A stretch of DNA of 64,000 nt from Alkalilimnicola ehrlichii (GCF_003399765.1 NZ_NFZV01000001.1:345704-409703), one strand, 5' to 3'; shown: positions 10,369 through 21,086, counted from the stretch's first letter. Notes: generated by a model from the letters alone, not told the origin. Numbers and translations: made by a program.

Positions 10369-11163
10369 TTACATTCGGCTAAGTGCCGTTTGAACATTGA
10401 AAACCAGTTGCTTGAGCCGTGGGCCGAGGTCTTCGTCGAGTCGCTCTTCAGGCAATAGAAAGGACGGCCCGCCGCAGTTGAAGGCGAATACGTCGCCGTT
10501 CTCCGTTTGCACCAACGGGACGCCGACGGAGTTAACGTCGCGTTCCCATTCGCCGATGGTTTTCACGTAGCCATACTGCTCGTAATGATCGAGCGAATGC
10601 TCGATGCCTTGGCGTACCTGGTTCCATTCGTTGCCGCTGCGTTTCTTGATGTAATCCATCAGGTAATCGCGTTCGCGTTCCGGAATGGCTGCCAGGAAAG
10701 CGCGCCCCATTGCCGTTGTCGCGATCGGAATACGGGAGCCGATATCCAGGCGCAGTGTGACCGCTCCGCTGCCGCGGCAGGTTTCCAGGTACACCATGGC
10801 CAAGCGCTCGCGGGAGCCCAGCGACACTGCGCAGTCGACCTCGTCGGCTAGCTCTTGCATATAGGGGCGGGCCATTTGCCGAATGCCATAATTCGACAAG
10901 GTCGCATACCCCAGTGCGAGCACGCTCGTCCCCAGCTGATAACGCTCTAGCCGCTCGGAGTAGGCAAGATAACCGAGCTTAGTCAGCGTGTACGTCAGCC
11001 GCGTAACCGTCGGTTTCGGAAGCCCGGTTCGTTTGGCAATTTCTTGATTGCCTAGAAAGCCGTCGCCTGGACGGAACGCACGCAAGACCTCCAGCCCGCG
11101 CGCGAGCGCGGTCACGAACTTGCGATCCTTTGCAGGTGTTTCTTCGTTTTGGAAGTCGTTCAT
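10369..11163 (-). CDS. IclR-family transcriptional regulator
   Basis: 264 aa; N-terminal HTH (LGNQEIAKRTGLPKPTVTRLTYTL) plus an IclR effector domain. Confidence 0.85.
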   Translation of the reverse strand: MNDFQNEETPAKDRKFVTALARGLEVLRAFRPGDGFLGNQEIAKRTGLPKPTVTRLTYTLTKLGYLAYSERLERYQLGTSVLALGYATLSNYGIRQMARPYMQELADEVDCAVSLGSRERLAMVYLETCRGSGAVTLRLDIGSRIPIATTAMGRAFLAAIPERERDYLMDYIKKRSGNEWNQVRQGIEHSLDHYEQYGYVKTIGEWERDVNSVGVPLVQTENGDVFAFNCGGPSFLLPEERLDEDLGPRLKQLVFNVQTALSRM

Positions 11164-11221
11164 AGTTCACCGCCAGTGGATGCCAGGGTCATGGAAAGAC
11201 CGTTAAGGCAGGCGTTCTCCA

Positions 11222-11316
11222 TTTGCGAAACTCGATTTCGCAATAGTTGCAAACGACTCTGTCACGACCTATCCTGGGTGTCAAGTTTGCGAAACTTGGT
11301 TCTGCACTGCGAAATG
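11222..11316. promoter_or_regulatory. cluster of TTTGCGAAA/TTTCGCAA inverted-repeat motifs in the IclR divergent promoter region
   Basis: TTGCGAAA-ctcga-TTTCGCAA, AGTTTGCGAAACT and TGCGAAAT; the same core occurs in the etfBA promoter. Confidence 0.4.
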
Positions 11317-11527
11317 TTGCCGTTCTAACCCGCATGGTTGCTGGGTTCGTTAAGTCCGGCGGGGCTTCGTCGGTTGCTGTGTCCGGCACGGTAAGGGCGC
11401 ATAGGGAGAAGAATATGGCACTCGGTATAGATCGCCGTGACTTCCGTCTCGGAATCGTCAGTAACGGCGCGCTGGGGCGCGGCATTGCTTTATTGCCGGT
11501 ATCCCGGTCGCATGCGTTAAGGCGCGG

Positions 11528-11956
11528 TTGCCCGGGCGTTATTGCTTCGACTCGGTGCCGCTGATGAAGGCCGTTGAGCTTATCCCTGGCGGGCGCACCG
11601 TTGAGTGGGCGCTGGCCAGACGGCTGGCCCTGGGCGAACGAATAGGCCATTTTGCCGCATCTGCCACTGACACGCCGGGCTTTTTGGTCAACCATGCCGG
11701 GCAAGGCTGTGGCACCGAAACGCTGCGGATATTAGGCGAGGGTAGCGCCGGGTCCGATACGGCGGACTGCATTCGCCGCGACAGCGTGGGGTTCCGTATG
11801 AGGCCGCCGGCACTGCTCGCTCAAGTCGGATCCGACAACATCTTGCGGATTCTTGTGCGTATGTACGATTTCTCTGGCGATCCCCGCTATCGCCCCAGCC
11901 CGTGGCTCAAACGTCGCACCCGCTTGGGTGTGCCGCTGACCACACCGGAACAATAA
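11528..11956 (+). pseudogene. 3-hydroxyacyl-CoA dehydrogenase remnant (C-terminal domain only)
   Basis: TDTPGFLVNHAG...GDPRYRPSPWLK aligns with the 3HCDH C-terminal domain (GFVVNR...GDSKYRPCPLL); an upstream frame carries a GxGxxG-like fragment (LGIVSNGALGRGIALL) only ~60 aa earlier, so roughly 115 aa of the NAD-binding domain are missing. Confidence 0.4.
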
Positions 11957-11972
11957 GCTAAGGAGCCGACTC

Positions 11973-13174
11973 ATGCTGGACGCTTATATATACGATGGAT
12001 TGCGGACCCCTTTCGGCCGTCATGCCGGTAGCCTCGCTTCGGTACGGCCGGACGATTTGCTCGCGCATGTGATTCGTGCTTTGGTCGAACGCAATTCGTT
12101 CGCGCCGGAGCAATACGAAGACGTTATTGCCGGCTGTACCAATCAAGCCGGTGAGGATGCTCGTAACGTTGCGCGCCATGCTGGCCTGCTGTCCGGCCTG
12201 CCGCTCGAAGTGGGCGGGCAGACGGTGAACCGTTTATGCGGTAGCGGCCTGGCAGCCATTATCGACGCGGCGCGTTCGGTGACTGCGCGCGAAGGCGAGC
12301 TATTCGTCGCCGGCGGTGTCGAAAGCATGAGTCGGGCACCGTTCGTGATGGCGAAGAGCGAAACGGCGTATAGCCGCAACTTCCGCATGTTCGACTCTAC
12401 CATCGGGGCGCGCTTCCCTAACCCGAAAGTCGAGGCCGAGTTCGGCGACGACACGATGCCGCAGACGGCGGACAACGTAGCGCGCGATTTGGGCATCAGC
12501 CGGGAAGAGGCCGATACCTTTGCCGCCGGCTCCCAGGCACGTTTCGAAGCGGCGCGCGAAGCCGGATTCTTCGACGATGAGATTCTGCCTATCGAAGTGC
12601 CGCAAGGTCGTAAGAAGCTGCCGCTCGCCGTCGACCGCGACGAGCATCCGCGACCTGGTACCGGTGTCGAGCAGCTAGCTAAGCTGCGCACCTTGTTCGA
12701 CGGCGGTGTCGTCACTGCGGGCAATGCTTCCGGAGTCAACGACGCGCCGGCGCCTTGTTGATCGGTACCCGTAATGCCGGCGAGCGGGCCGGTGTCGTCC
12801 CGCGCGGCCGGATCGTTGCGGCCGCGATTGCCGGCGTGCCGCCGCGGGTCATGGGCTTGGGGCCGGTACCGGCGTCGCAGAAAGCATTGGCTCGGGCCGA
12901 CCTGAGCCTGGATCAGATGGACATCATCGAGATCAACGAAGCATTCGCCTCGCAGGTGCTCGGCTGCGCCAAGCAACTGGGAATCGCCTTCGACGATCCG
13001 CGTTTGAACCCCAACGGCGGTGCGATCGCCGTAGGCCACCCGCTGGGTGCCTCGGGTGCGCGTATTGCCTTGACCGCGCTGCGCGAACTGGAGCGCCGAG
13101 GTGGTCAATACGCGTTGGTTTCGATGTGCATTGGCGTAGGCCAAGGCATTGCCGCCGTTATCGAACGGCTCTGA
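11973..13174 (+). CDS. 3-ketoacyl-CoA thiolase (PcaF/PaaJ-like), apparent 1-nt frameshift near 12745
   Basis: N-terminal YIYDGLRTPFGR and C-terminal thiolase motifs split across ORFs 11973-12761 and 12755-13174; inserting one G at ...aacgac|gcgcc restores VNDGAGALLIG. Confidence 0.8.
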
Positions 13175-13200
13175 ATAAACCCCTTCCCGGAGGATGATCG

Positions 13201-14370
13201 ATGAAAGCCTTTGCATGGGATGACGCGTTGCGCCTTGAGGGGCAGCTCACTGAAGAAGAGCGCATGATTCGCGATACCGCACGCGATTACTGTCAGGACA
13301 ACCTGATGACGCGGGTTTTGGAAGCTAACCGCCATGAGATCTTCCACCGTGAGATCATGAGCGAAATGGGCGAGCTGGGCCTGCTCGGGCCGACGATTCC
13401 CGAGCAATACGGCGGTGCTGGCGTAAACCATGTCTGTTACGGCCTGGTTGCGCGCGAAGTCGAGCGGGTCGACTCCGGCTATCGTTCGGCGATGAGCGTA
13501 CAGTCGTCATTGGTCATGTTTCCGATCTATACGTTCGGCAACGAAGCCGTGCGCAATAAGTACCTGCCTAAACTGGCCAGCGGCGAATGGGTAGGTTGCT
13601 TTGGGTTGACCGAGCCGAATCATGGCTCCGACCCCGGTAGCATGGTGACGCGGGCCGAGAAGGTCGACGGCGGTTATCGCCTGACCGGCGCCAAAACCTG
13701 GATTACCAACTCGCCGATCGCCGATGTGCTGGTGGTGTGGGCCAAGCTCGACGGCAAGATCAACGGGTTCGTTCTGGAGCGTGGCATGGAAGGCCTGAAA
13801 ACGCCGAAAATCGAGGGTAAGTTCTCCCTGCGGGCGTCGATTACCGGCGAAATCGTCATGGACGAGGTGTTTGTTCCTGCCGAGAACCGGTTGGACGTGG
13901 AAGGCCTGAAAGGCCCGTTTAGCTGCCTCAATAAAGCCCGCTACGGCATTTCCTGGGGGGCGCTGGGTGCTGCAGAATTTTGTTGGCACGCGGCTCGGCA
14001 GTATACTCTCGACCGGCAGCAGTTTGGCCGGCCGTTAGCCGCCAACCAGCTGATTCAGAAAAAGCTCGCCGACATGCAAACGGAAATTGCCCTAGGCTTA
14101 CAGGGTTGCCTGCGCCTGGGGCGGTTGATGGACGAGGGGGATTGGGCGCCGGAAATGGTGTCCCTGCTCAAACGCAATAACTGCGGCAAAGCCCTCGACA
14201 TCGCCCGTGTTTCGCGTGACATGCACGGCGGTAACGGGATTGCTGACGAGTACCACGTCATCCGACACGTAATGAACCTGGAAGCGGTGAATACCTACGA
14301 GGGTACGCATGACGTGCACGCGCTTATTCTTGGGCGGGCACAAACGGGTATTCCGGCGTTCTCCGCTTGA
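13201..14370 (+). CDS. gcdH: glutaryl-CoA dehydrogenase
   Basis: 389 aa; [22 protein letters not shown] is the GcdH-type N-terminus; ACAD fold. Confidence 0.8.
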   Translation: MKAFAWDDALRLEGQLTEEERMIRDTARDYCQDNLMTRVLEANRHEIFHREIMSEMGELGLLGPTIPEQYGGAGVNHVCYGLVAREVERVDSGYRSAMSVQSSLVMFPIYTFGNEAVRNKYLPKLASGEWVGCFGLTEPNHGSDPGSMVTRAEKVDGGYRLTGAKTWITNSPIADVLVVWAKLDGKINGFVLERGMEGLKTPKIEGKFSLRASITGEIVMDEVFVPAENRLDVEGLKGPFSCLNKARYGISWGALGAAEFCWHAARQYTLDRQQFGRPLAANQLIQKKLADMQTEIALGLQGCLRLGRLMDEGDWAPEMVSLLKRNNCGKALDIARVSRDMHGGNGIADEYHVIRHVMNLEAVNTYEGTHDVHALILGRAQTGIPAFSA

Positions 14371-14396
14371 GAAGACAGGTTAGGAGGTTTTATTAA

Positions 14397-16055
14397 ATGA
14401 GTGCAGAGTACGAACGCGAGTCGATGGAATACGACGTGGTCGTCGTAGGCGGCGGCCCCGCCGGTCTCGCCACCGCCATTCGTCTCAAGCAGCTCGCCGC
14501 GGAGAAAGAGCAGGAAATCTCCGTTTGTGTGCTGGAAAAAGGCTCTGAAGTGGGTGCCCACATTCTATCGGGCGCCGTGATGGACCCGATCGCGCTCAAC
14601 GAGTTGATTCCGGACTGGAAGGAAAAAGGTGCGCCGCTGAATGCACCGGTTTCCGAGGACCAGGTCCTGTTCCTCACCGAAAAGAAAGCGATTGCCACGC
14701 CCAAGGCGCTGATTCCGCCGAATTTCCATAACCACGGTTGCTATGTCGTCAGCCTCGGCAACGTGTGCCGCTGGTTGGCTGAGCAGGCTGAGGCGCTGGA
14801 AGTGGAAATCTACCCCGGCTTCGCCGCCGCGGAAATCCTCTACAACGAGGACGGCTCGGTAAAAGGCGTTGCCACGGGCGACATGGGTCGCGACGTCAAT
14901 GGCGAGCCGACTGACAACTTCATGCCGGGCATGGAGTTGCATGCCAAGTACACGGTGTTCTCGGAAGGTTCGCGCGGTCATTTGGGTAAACAGCTGATCG
15001 GCAAGTTTAACCTGGATGAGGGTAAAGACCCGCAAAGCTATGCCATCGGCATCAAAGAACTGTGGGAAATCGACCCCGAGAAGCACAAGGAAGGTCTGGT
15101 AATCCACACCGCCGGTTGGCCCATGGAGCCGGACACCTACGGTGGCGGCTTCCTGTATCACCTGGAAAACAACCAGGTAACGCTTGGATATGTCATCGGG
15201 CTCGATTACAAAAACCCGTGGCTGTCGACCTTCGACGAAATGCAGCGCTTCAAGACCCACCCGGCTATCCGGAAGTATCTGGAAGGTGGGCGGCGGATTA
15301 GCTACGGCGCGCGGGCAATTACCGCGGGCGGCATCCTGAGCCTGCCGAAGCTGACCTTCCCGGGCGGCGTATTGGTCGGTTGCGATGCCGGCTTCCTCAA
15401 CGCGTCCCGCATCAAGGGCAGCCACGCCGCGATCAAGACCGGCATGCTGGCCGCCGATGCAGCGTTCGACGCCGTAACGGCCGGCCGTCAGTACGACGAG
15501 TTGACGGCCTATCCGGAAGCCTTCGAAGCCTCCTGGCTGTACACCGAGTTGCAGAAATCGCGCAACTTCAAACAGTGGTTCAAGAAGGGCGTCTACGTCG
15601 GCTCGTTGATGACCGGCATCGAGCAGTTGGTTTTCCGCGGCAAAATGCCGTGGACGATTCACCGCAAAGAGCCGGATCACGCGCAGCTCAAGCCGGCCAG
15701 CGAATGCAAGAAGATCGAGTATCCGAAGCCGGACGGTGAGATTACCTTCGACAAAATGTCCTCGGTGTTCATCTCCAACACCAACCACGAGGAGAACCAG
15801 CCGGTTCACCTTACGTTGAAGGACGCTTCGGTACCGGTCGATGTCAACCTCGCCAAGTACGAAGGGCCGGAGAGCCGTTACTGTCCGGCGGGCGTATATG
15901 AGTTCGTTCGCGACGACGACGGTTCTAACCCACGGTTGCAGATCAACGCGCAGAACTGTGTGCACTGCAAGACCTGCGATATTAAAGATCCGACCCAAAA
16001 CATTGTCTGGGTAACGCCGGAAGGCGGCGGCGGGCCGAACTACCCGAATATGTAA
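14397..16055 (+). CDS. electron-transferring-flavoprotein:ubiquinone oxidoreductase (ETF-QO)
   Basis: 552 aa; FAD motif VVVVGGGPAGL; C-terminal 4Fe-4S CPAGVYEF...CVHCKTCDIKDP. Confidence 0.9.
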   Translation: MSAEYERESMEYDVVVVGGGPAGLATAIRLKQLAAEKEQEISVCVLEKGSEVGAHILSGAVMDPIALNELIPDWKEKGAPLNAPVSEDQVLFLTEKKAIATPKALIPPNFHNHGCYVVSLGNVCRWLAEQAEALEVEIYPGFAAAEILYNEDGSVKGVATGDMGRDVNGEPTDNFMPGMELHAKYTVFSEGSRGHLGKQLIGKFNLDEGKDPQSYAIGIKELWEIDPEKHKEGLVIHTAGWPMEPDTYGGGFLYHLENNQVTLGYVIGLDYKNPWLSTFDEMQRFKTHPAIRKYLEGGRRISYGARAITAGGILSLPKLTFPGGVLVGCDAGFLNASRIKGSHAAIKTGMLAADAAFDAVTAGRQYDELTAYPEAFEASWLYTELQKSRNFKQWFKKGVYVGSLMTGIEQLVFRGKMPWTIHRKEPDHAQLKPASECKKIEYPKPDGEITFDKMSSVFISNTNHEENQPVHLTLKDASVPVDVNLAKYEGPESRYCPAGVYEFVRDDDGSNPRLQINAQNCVHCKTCDIKDPTQNIVWVTPEGGGGPNYPNM

Positions 16056-16083
16056 TTCGGCGCTTAGCAACCCCTGTGGCAAA

Positions 16084-16121
16084 AGGCCTCGGCATTCCAG
16101 AAATGTCGAGGCCTTTTCGTT
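16084..16121 (+). terminator. rho-independent terminator after ETF-QO
   Basis: AGGCCTCG...CGAGGCCT hairpin followed by TTTCGTTT. Confidence 0.55.
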
Positions 16122-16198
16122 TCCAGGCGGCATCCTGCTAGATAAACGATGGTATCGATGCGAGTACCGGAGTTTACCGTTTTTGCGGAATAACCGCC

Positions 16199-16690
16199 TT
16201 AGGGGATTTTTACGATCGGCCCATTGCGCATAAAGCTGCTCATACCAACGGCGATGGGGTCTTCCCGGTCGCCGTCATGGGCGGTGCAGCGGACGAAAAC
16301 AATGCGCTTAGTGACCCGGTAGGCCTCCGCACAGGCATAGATGGCGGCGCCTGCTTTAGCGGGGCGCAAGTAATCGAGCCGTAGATCGAGTGTGGCCACC
16401 ATGCTAGGCGGGTAAACGGCTAAGCTTGCCGCAGCGCCGCTGGTTTGATCGACCAGGGCGGTGATCGCACCGCTGTGTAAGGCGCCGGTTTCAAGGTTGC
16501 CGATCAAGGCCTCTTGATACGGCATCCGCGCGGTGAGTTCACGCCCACGGTAGCCTATCGGCTTGAGCTTAATATAGCGGCCATGCGGGATGGAGCGGAA
16601 AAAGACCCTGGCAACCCACAGGCGTAATAAATTGCTGCGACGAAGACGCTTTTGCCACCCTGGAATGGGCGGCGGCTGGGAACTCCTCAT
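16199..16690 (-). CDS. hotdog-fold thioesterase (YigI/DUF4442-like)
   Basis: 163 aa; LETGALHSGAITALVDQTSGAAA core. Confidence 0.55.
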   Translation of the reverse strand: MRSSQPPPIPGWQKRLRRSNLLRLWVARVFFRSIPHGRYIKLKPIGYRGRELTARMPYQEALIGNLETGALHSGAITALVDQTSGAAASLAVYPPSMVATLDLRLDYLRPAKAGAAIYACAEAYRVTKRIVFVRCTAHDGDREDPIAVGMSSFMRNGPIVKIP

Positions 16691-17483
16691 TGCTGTGCGC
16701 TCGTTGTTGTTATGAGATAAACGTCGAACCGTACACTGCGTCCCTCAAGGCTATAGTCGGGGCGCGAACCGCTGATGGCAGGTGCTTTCAGCGGTCGTTT
16801 TACCACGACTCGTTGTTTGGCTGCATGCTGCGCTGCGGCTAAAAGTTCGCTAGGGTCGGCGTCTGCGCCGAGCAAGCGGCGCAAGAGCTGCATTTCTTTC
16901 TTTACCTGGGCTCGCGTTCCGCCTTCCGGATACATGGGGTCGAGATATACGACATCGGGCCCGCGTGCGGAGATTGCTGTCGTAGTAAGGTCGTTGAGTC
17001 CGTACAGCATAGACTCATCCGCGCCGCCACTGCCGCAAGATCAGCAAGTTCCGCCGCGCGTTGCAAGCCGTCGTCTAGTAAAGCGGTAATGACGGGCGAG
17101 CGCTCAACCAAGGTCACGCGCGCGCCTAAGGCTGCGAGTATGAAGGCGTCTTTGCCTAAACCCGCGGTCGCATCCAGTACCTCAAGCGTTCGGTCGCCCT
17201 TCAAACCGCAGGCGCGTGCAATAGCTTCTTTCTTCAGGGAGCCCTGGCGGCGGCGATAGCCGAATTTACCGAAGTCGACATAGACCGCGCCGGGTGCATG
17301 CGGGCCGGTTAGGCGTAACTGGAGGCGCTTAGGCGTTAGCTCCAGGATCAAGGAGCCCGCTGCGGGGGCAGCGTCCGCAGCGGGCGTCAGGCCGTAGGCT
17401 TTGGCTAAGCCGCGGGCTTTCTCTTCCAGCGAGGGGTCCGTCCAGTGCAATGGGCAATTTTCTGAAGAAAAAGAGTTTTTCAT
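16687..17483 (-). CDS. rsmJ: 16S rRNA (guanine1516-N2)-methyltransferase RsmJ, apparent 1-nt frameshift near 17020
   Basis: N-terminal part in ORF 16902-17663 (from MKNSFSSENC) and C-terminal part in ORF 16687-17010 (VVYLDPMYPEG motif); one extra C in cgc(c)gg restores a continuous approximately 266-aa protein. Confidence 0.7.
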
Positions 17484-17760
17484 GGTGTTCTGATAAGTAA
17501 CGGATGGCTTGTCGGTCTTTGTTGCCGTGCAGTATGATCGAGAAGAGGCCGTTGCAAATCCTATTGTATCTATCGGTGCATGCGAGCGCCGATGCGTTAG
17601 GAGAGGCGATCTTCGCCGGCGGCGGCTTTCGCTACGAGACGTCTTTCGCCAAGGAATAGGCAAAACGCTCGACTCACGACACGTTCAACGCCGCCACAAT
17701 TAAGGCTGCGCTCGACGGCCGGTTGTGCTGCGGTGCTATTTCAGCTTCGAGGGATAGATA

Positions 17761-19551
17761 ATGTCTGAAAATGTAGCCGTTGACACCAAGACGGTAGAGT
17801 CTTCCGAACTGTCTCAAACGTTGGCCGAGATCGCCAGTAAAAGCCAGCAGCTCGTTCAGGACTTCCTCAAGCGTGAGCAGAATGCTCACCATATCTCCGT
17901 TCACGACGCCTTGCACATGAGTCAGCTGTTTCAACAGCTGTCTGCTCGTATGATGAGCAATCCCATGGCGCTGATGCAGGCGCAAATGACCTTTTGGCAG
18001 GATTATCTGGCGTTGGTCCAGAATGCCACCTTACGCATGCTTGGTGTACGGCCCGAGCCGGTGATCGCGCCGAAAAAGGGCGATAAGCGTTTTCAACATG
18101 AGTCGTGGGAAGAAAACCCGGTATTTGACTTTATCAAACAATCCTACCTGCTTGCGGCCGAGTATCTGCATTCGACGGTAAAGAACATCGAAGGCTTGGA
18201 TCCGAAGCGAGCGCGCCAGGTAGAGTTCTACACCCGGGCGTTCGTCGACGCCATGGCGCCGAGTAATTTCATTCACACCAATCCGGAGGTGCTGCGCGCA
18301 ACGCTGGAGACGCGCGGCCAGAATCTTCTAAACGGATTGAAGAACCTACTGGACGATTTGTCCCGCGGCAGCGTCAAAATGACCGATCTGGATGCCTTCG
18401 AGGTCGGCAAAAATGTGGCGATCTCGCCCGGTGAGGTGATCTACCAGAATGATCTGATTCAGCTTATTCAGTACACGCCAAGCACGGATAAAGTCTATAA
18501 GCGGCCGTTACTGTTTATCCCGCCATGGATTAACAAGTTTTACATCGCCGATCTGCAGCCGGAGAACTCGCTGGTTAAGTATATCGTCGACCAAGGTTTT
18601 ACCTTATTCATGATCTCTTGGAAGGTTCCCAAGAAAGAAGATGCCGAGCGGGGCTATGAGGATTACATGACCGACGGCGTATTCAAGGCCATGGAGGTGG
18701 TGCTTGCAGAAACCGGCGAAAAAGATCTGAACGCCATTGGTTATTGCCTCGGCGGTACGCTGCTTGGAAGCGTTCTGGCGTACATGAGTGCCAAGGGCGA
18801 CGACCGCATTAAGTCCGCCGCCTACTTCACCACCTTGCTGGATTTCTCCGATCCGGGCGATGTCGAGGTCTTTATCGACGAGTTGCAAGTGAAATCGCTC
18901 GAAGAGCGGATGAACCGCACCGGTTACCTTGACGGTCGTAATATCGCGGTGACCTTCAATATGCTGCGCGCTAACGACCTTATCTGGCAGTATTTCATCA
19001 ATAACTACCTGCATGGTAAGGAGCCGTTCCCGTTCGATCTGCTGTACTGGAACTCAGACGCCACTAATATGCCGGCGAAGATGCACAGTTTTTATCTGCG
19101 TAACATGTACTTGCGCAATGCCTTGCGGGAGCCGGGCGGCATCACCTTGTTAGGCGAGCCGATCGATCTGCGGAAAATTAAGATTCCTACCTGTTTCGTG
19201 TCGACGAAAGAAGACCACATTGCGCCGTGGAAGACGACCTATGAAGGCGTGAATCTACACTCCGGGCCGACCAAGTTTATCCTCGGCGGCTCAGGGCATA
19301 TTGCCGGTGTTATGAATCCGCCGGCAAAGAAGAAATATTTCTACTGGACTAACGACGGCGGCCGTAAAATTGCCGACCCGGATAAATGGCTGGAAAAGGC
19401 CGAGAAATATCCTGGATCTTGGTGGCCGGAGTGGTCGAAATGGGCGGCGGACAAGAGTGGTACCCAAGTGGCGGCGCGTAAGCCGGGAGCGAACAAGTTC
19501 AAACCCATTGAGCCGGCACCTGGTTCTTACGTGAAGGAACGTATCGTTTAG
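17761..19551 (+). CDS. phaC: class I poly(3-hydroxyalkanoate) synthase
   Basis: 596 aa; lipase box GYCLGG; PhaC N-terminal and alpha/beta-hydrolase domains. Confidence 0.9.
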   Translation: MSENVAVDTKTVESSELSQTLAEIASKSQQLVQDFLKREQNAHHISVHDALHMSQLFQQLSARMMSNPMALMQAQMTFWQDYLALVQNATLRMLGVRPEPVIAPKKGDKRFQHESWEENPVFDFIKQSYLLAAEYLHSTVKNIEGLDPKRARQVEFYTRAFVDAMAPSNFIHTNPEVLRATLETRGQNLLNGLKNLLDDLSRGSVKMTDLDAFEVGKNVAISPGEVIYQNDLIQLIQYTPSTDKVYKRPLLFIPPWINKFYIADLQPENSLVKYIVDQGFTLFMISWKVPKKEDAERGYEDYMTDGVFKAMEVVLAETGEKDLNAIGYCLGGTLLGSVLAYMSAKGDDRIKSAAYFTTLLDFSDPGDVEVFIDELQVKSLEERMNRTGYLDGRNIAVTFNMLRANDLIWQYFINNYLHGKEPFPFDLLYWNSDATNMPAKMHSFYLRNMYLRNALREPGGITLLGEPIDLRKIKIPTCFVSTKEDHIAPWKTTYEGVNLHSGPTKFILGGSGHIAGVMNPPAKKKYFYWTNDGGRKIADPDKWLEKAEKYPGSWWPEWSKWAADKSGTQVAARKPGANKFKPIEPAPGSYVKERIV

Positions 19552-19586
19552 GTAAAATTATTGCCGTAAAATCTCGTAAAGTTATA

Positions 19587-19619
19587 GCGCGCCGTAGGAT
19601 TCTGCGGCGCGTTTTTTTA
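19587..19619 (+). terminator. rho-independent terminator after phaC
   Basis: GCGCGCCG-taggattct-CGGCGCG followed by TTTTTTT. Confidence 0.75.
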
Positions 19620-19764
19620 TAAGCTTTGATATCATGAGAAACTGCGGATAAGCGCTTGCGCTTCTCGCCACGCCGCGTTTCCCAAGCATGAGCGCATGTT
19701 TGAGTGTGGGGCTTTGGAGTTGACAGCAGGCATACTGCCTGTAAGCCGTAGTAGTAACGGATCG

Positions 19765-19995
19765 ATGGCAGAGCTACAGACCATACGTTTCTATCTTTCT
19801 CTCACCGCCGACGAAATCATGGCCTATTACCGGGGGGATGCTGAGAGTATCGTCGCAACAAGCGACGACGGTCGACGCGTCAGCTTTCCGGCCCGGGTAA
19901 TACGACCTTTTGTCAGCTATTCCGGCGTCCAAGGATGGTTTTTGCTGCGGTACGATGCCGAGGGGCGTTTTCATAGTATAGAAAAGATTCGTTAG
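19765..19995 (+). CDS. small conserved hypothetical protein (DUF2835-like)
   Basis: about 76 aa taking the MAELQTIRFYLSL start; DUF assignment from memory and uncertain. Confidence 0.4.
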   Translation: MAELQTIRFYLSLTADEIMAYYRGDAESIVATSDDGRRVSFPARVIRPFVSYSGVQGWFLLRYDAEGRFHSIEKIR

Positions 19996-20198
19996 CGAAA
20001 CAGAGGGGAATCTTTTTTAAACCTTGCGAATAGCGGTCAATCGTCTTGATGCCTGGGTGAAACGGGTAATTGTGCGTCGATTCTACCAATAAGTATGCTT
20101 GTATAAGGCAACGCTTCTTAGTCGGTTAATTAAAGCAAGGTGATGAATAAACGGGACCACTAAGGTAAGCTGTTCCGCGAAATGAGGCGCTGGCGGGG

Positions 20199-21086
20199 GT
20201 GGCCGGTGCGCTGTGTCGATTCAACAGAGGCCCCTTGACGGAGCAACCGTCGAAGATTCATTCGAATGAAAATCGCATCCTCCGAAAACTCGATGTTCTG
20301 CCCGCCGTGCCGATGGTGGTGCAAGAAATACTCGAGGTTCTGAATAAGCGGGATGCCAGTGTGAGCGATGTCAGCAACGCGCTTGCACGAGATCCCGGCT
20401 TGACCGGCCGCTTAGTGGCCGCCTCCAATGCCGCTTTCTTCTCCGGTTTTCGGCCTATTTACACCATCGAAGAAGCGGTGATGCGTTTAGGCCTGAACCG
20501 GGTTCGCACCACTGCGCTGGCCGTTTTGATCGGTACCCGCTTTAACCCCCGCCGTTGCCCTCCCTTCAACACCAAATACTATTGGTTCGAAGCGATGAAG
20601 GCGGCCGATTGCGCCAACAAGCTGGCGAAGCTGTTGCCGTTGGGGGGCGTCGGGCATGCGGCTTATTTATGCGGTTTACTGCATAACATCGGGCTGCTAG
20701 TCAATGCTTACGCCTTTCCGGAACCCATGCAGAAAGTGTTGGAAGCCAAGCTCGATCGGCCGGCTTTGTCTCTGGCAGAGCTTGAGCGTCAGCACCTTGG
20801 GTTCGATCATCATCAGTCCGGTGCCGAGTTGTTGCGGCGCTGGCGGATGCCGGCTGCCGTGGTGGCCGCCGTGGAGCATTATCCGGACCCTGAGAGCGCG
20901 ACAGAATTTAAAATGTTGGTGCGGCTGACGCAGTTCGCAGTTACCTGGGCGCAGTCGAGTTTTCGCGTGCGGCCCTCGACTCGCTTGGCGATTGCCGAAG
21001 ATAAACTGCGCAGTGTCGGCGAGAGTTGTCAGCGCGAACGCGATCAGATGGAAACGCTAGCCTTTATGCTGTGCTCGGCAGCTTGA
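20199..21086 (+). CDS. HDOD-domain signalling protein
   Basis: 295 aa; the HDOD fold resembles an HD domain without a complete catalytic set; exact start uncertain. Confidence 0.6.
   Translation: MAGALCRFNRGPLTEQPSKIHSNENRILRKLDVLPAVPMVVQEILEVLNKRDASVSDVSNALARDPGLTGRLVAASNAAFFSGFRPIYTIEEAVMRLGLNRVRTTALAVLIGTRFNPRRCPPFNTKYYWFEAMKAADCANKLAKLLPLGGVGHAAYLCGLLHNIGLLVNAYAFPEPMQKVLEAKLDRPALSLAELERQHLGFDHHQSGAELLRRWRMPAAVVAAVEHYPDPESATEFKMLVRLTQFAVTWAQSSFRVRPSTRLAIAEDKLRSVGESCQRERDQMETLAFMLCSAA

Noticed and set aside
11973-13174. Thiolase, rsmJ, rtcB, OXA, CYTH, TonB receptor and phaC2 as genuine pseudogenes
   Set aside because: All interruptions are single-base deletions in homopolymer or dinucleotide runs and all are in the same direction. 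Several affect normally essential or conserved genes. A systematic sequencing artefact is far more parsimonious than simultaneous decay.
14565-16133. 522-aa minus-strand ORF antisense to ETF-QO; similar long antisense ORFs at 12143-13216, 36505-37248, 39363-40514, 41021-42016 and 61658-62374
   Set aside because: Each is the mirror frame of a confidently identified gene. None shows recognisable domains and all have skewed arginine/glycine-rich composition.
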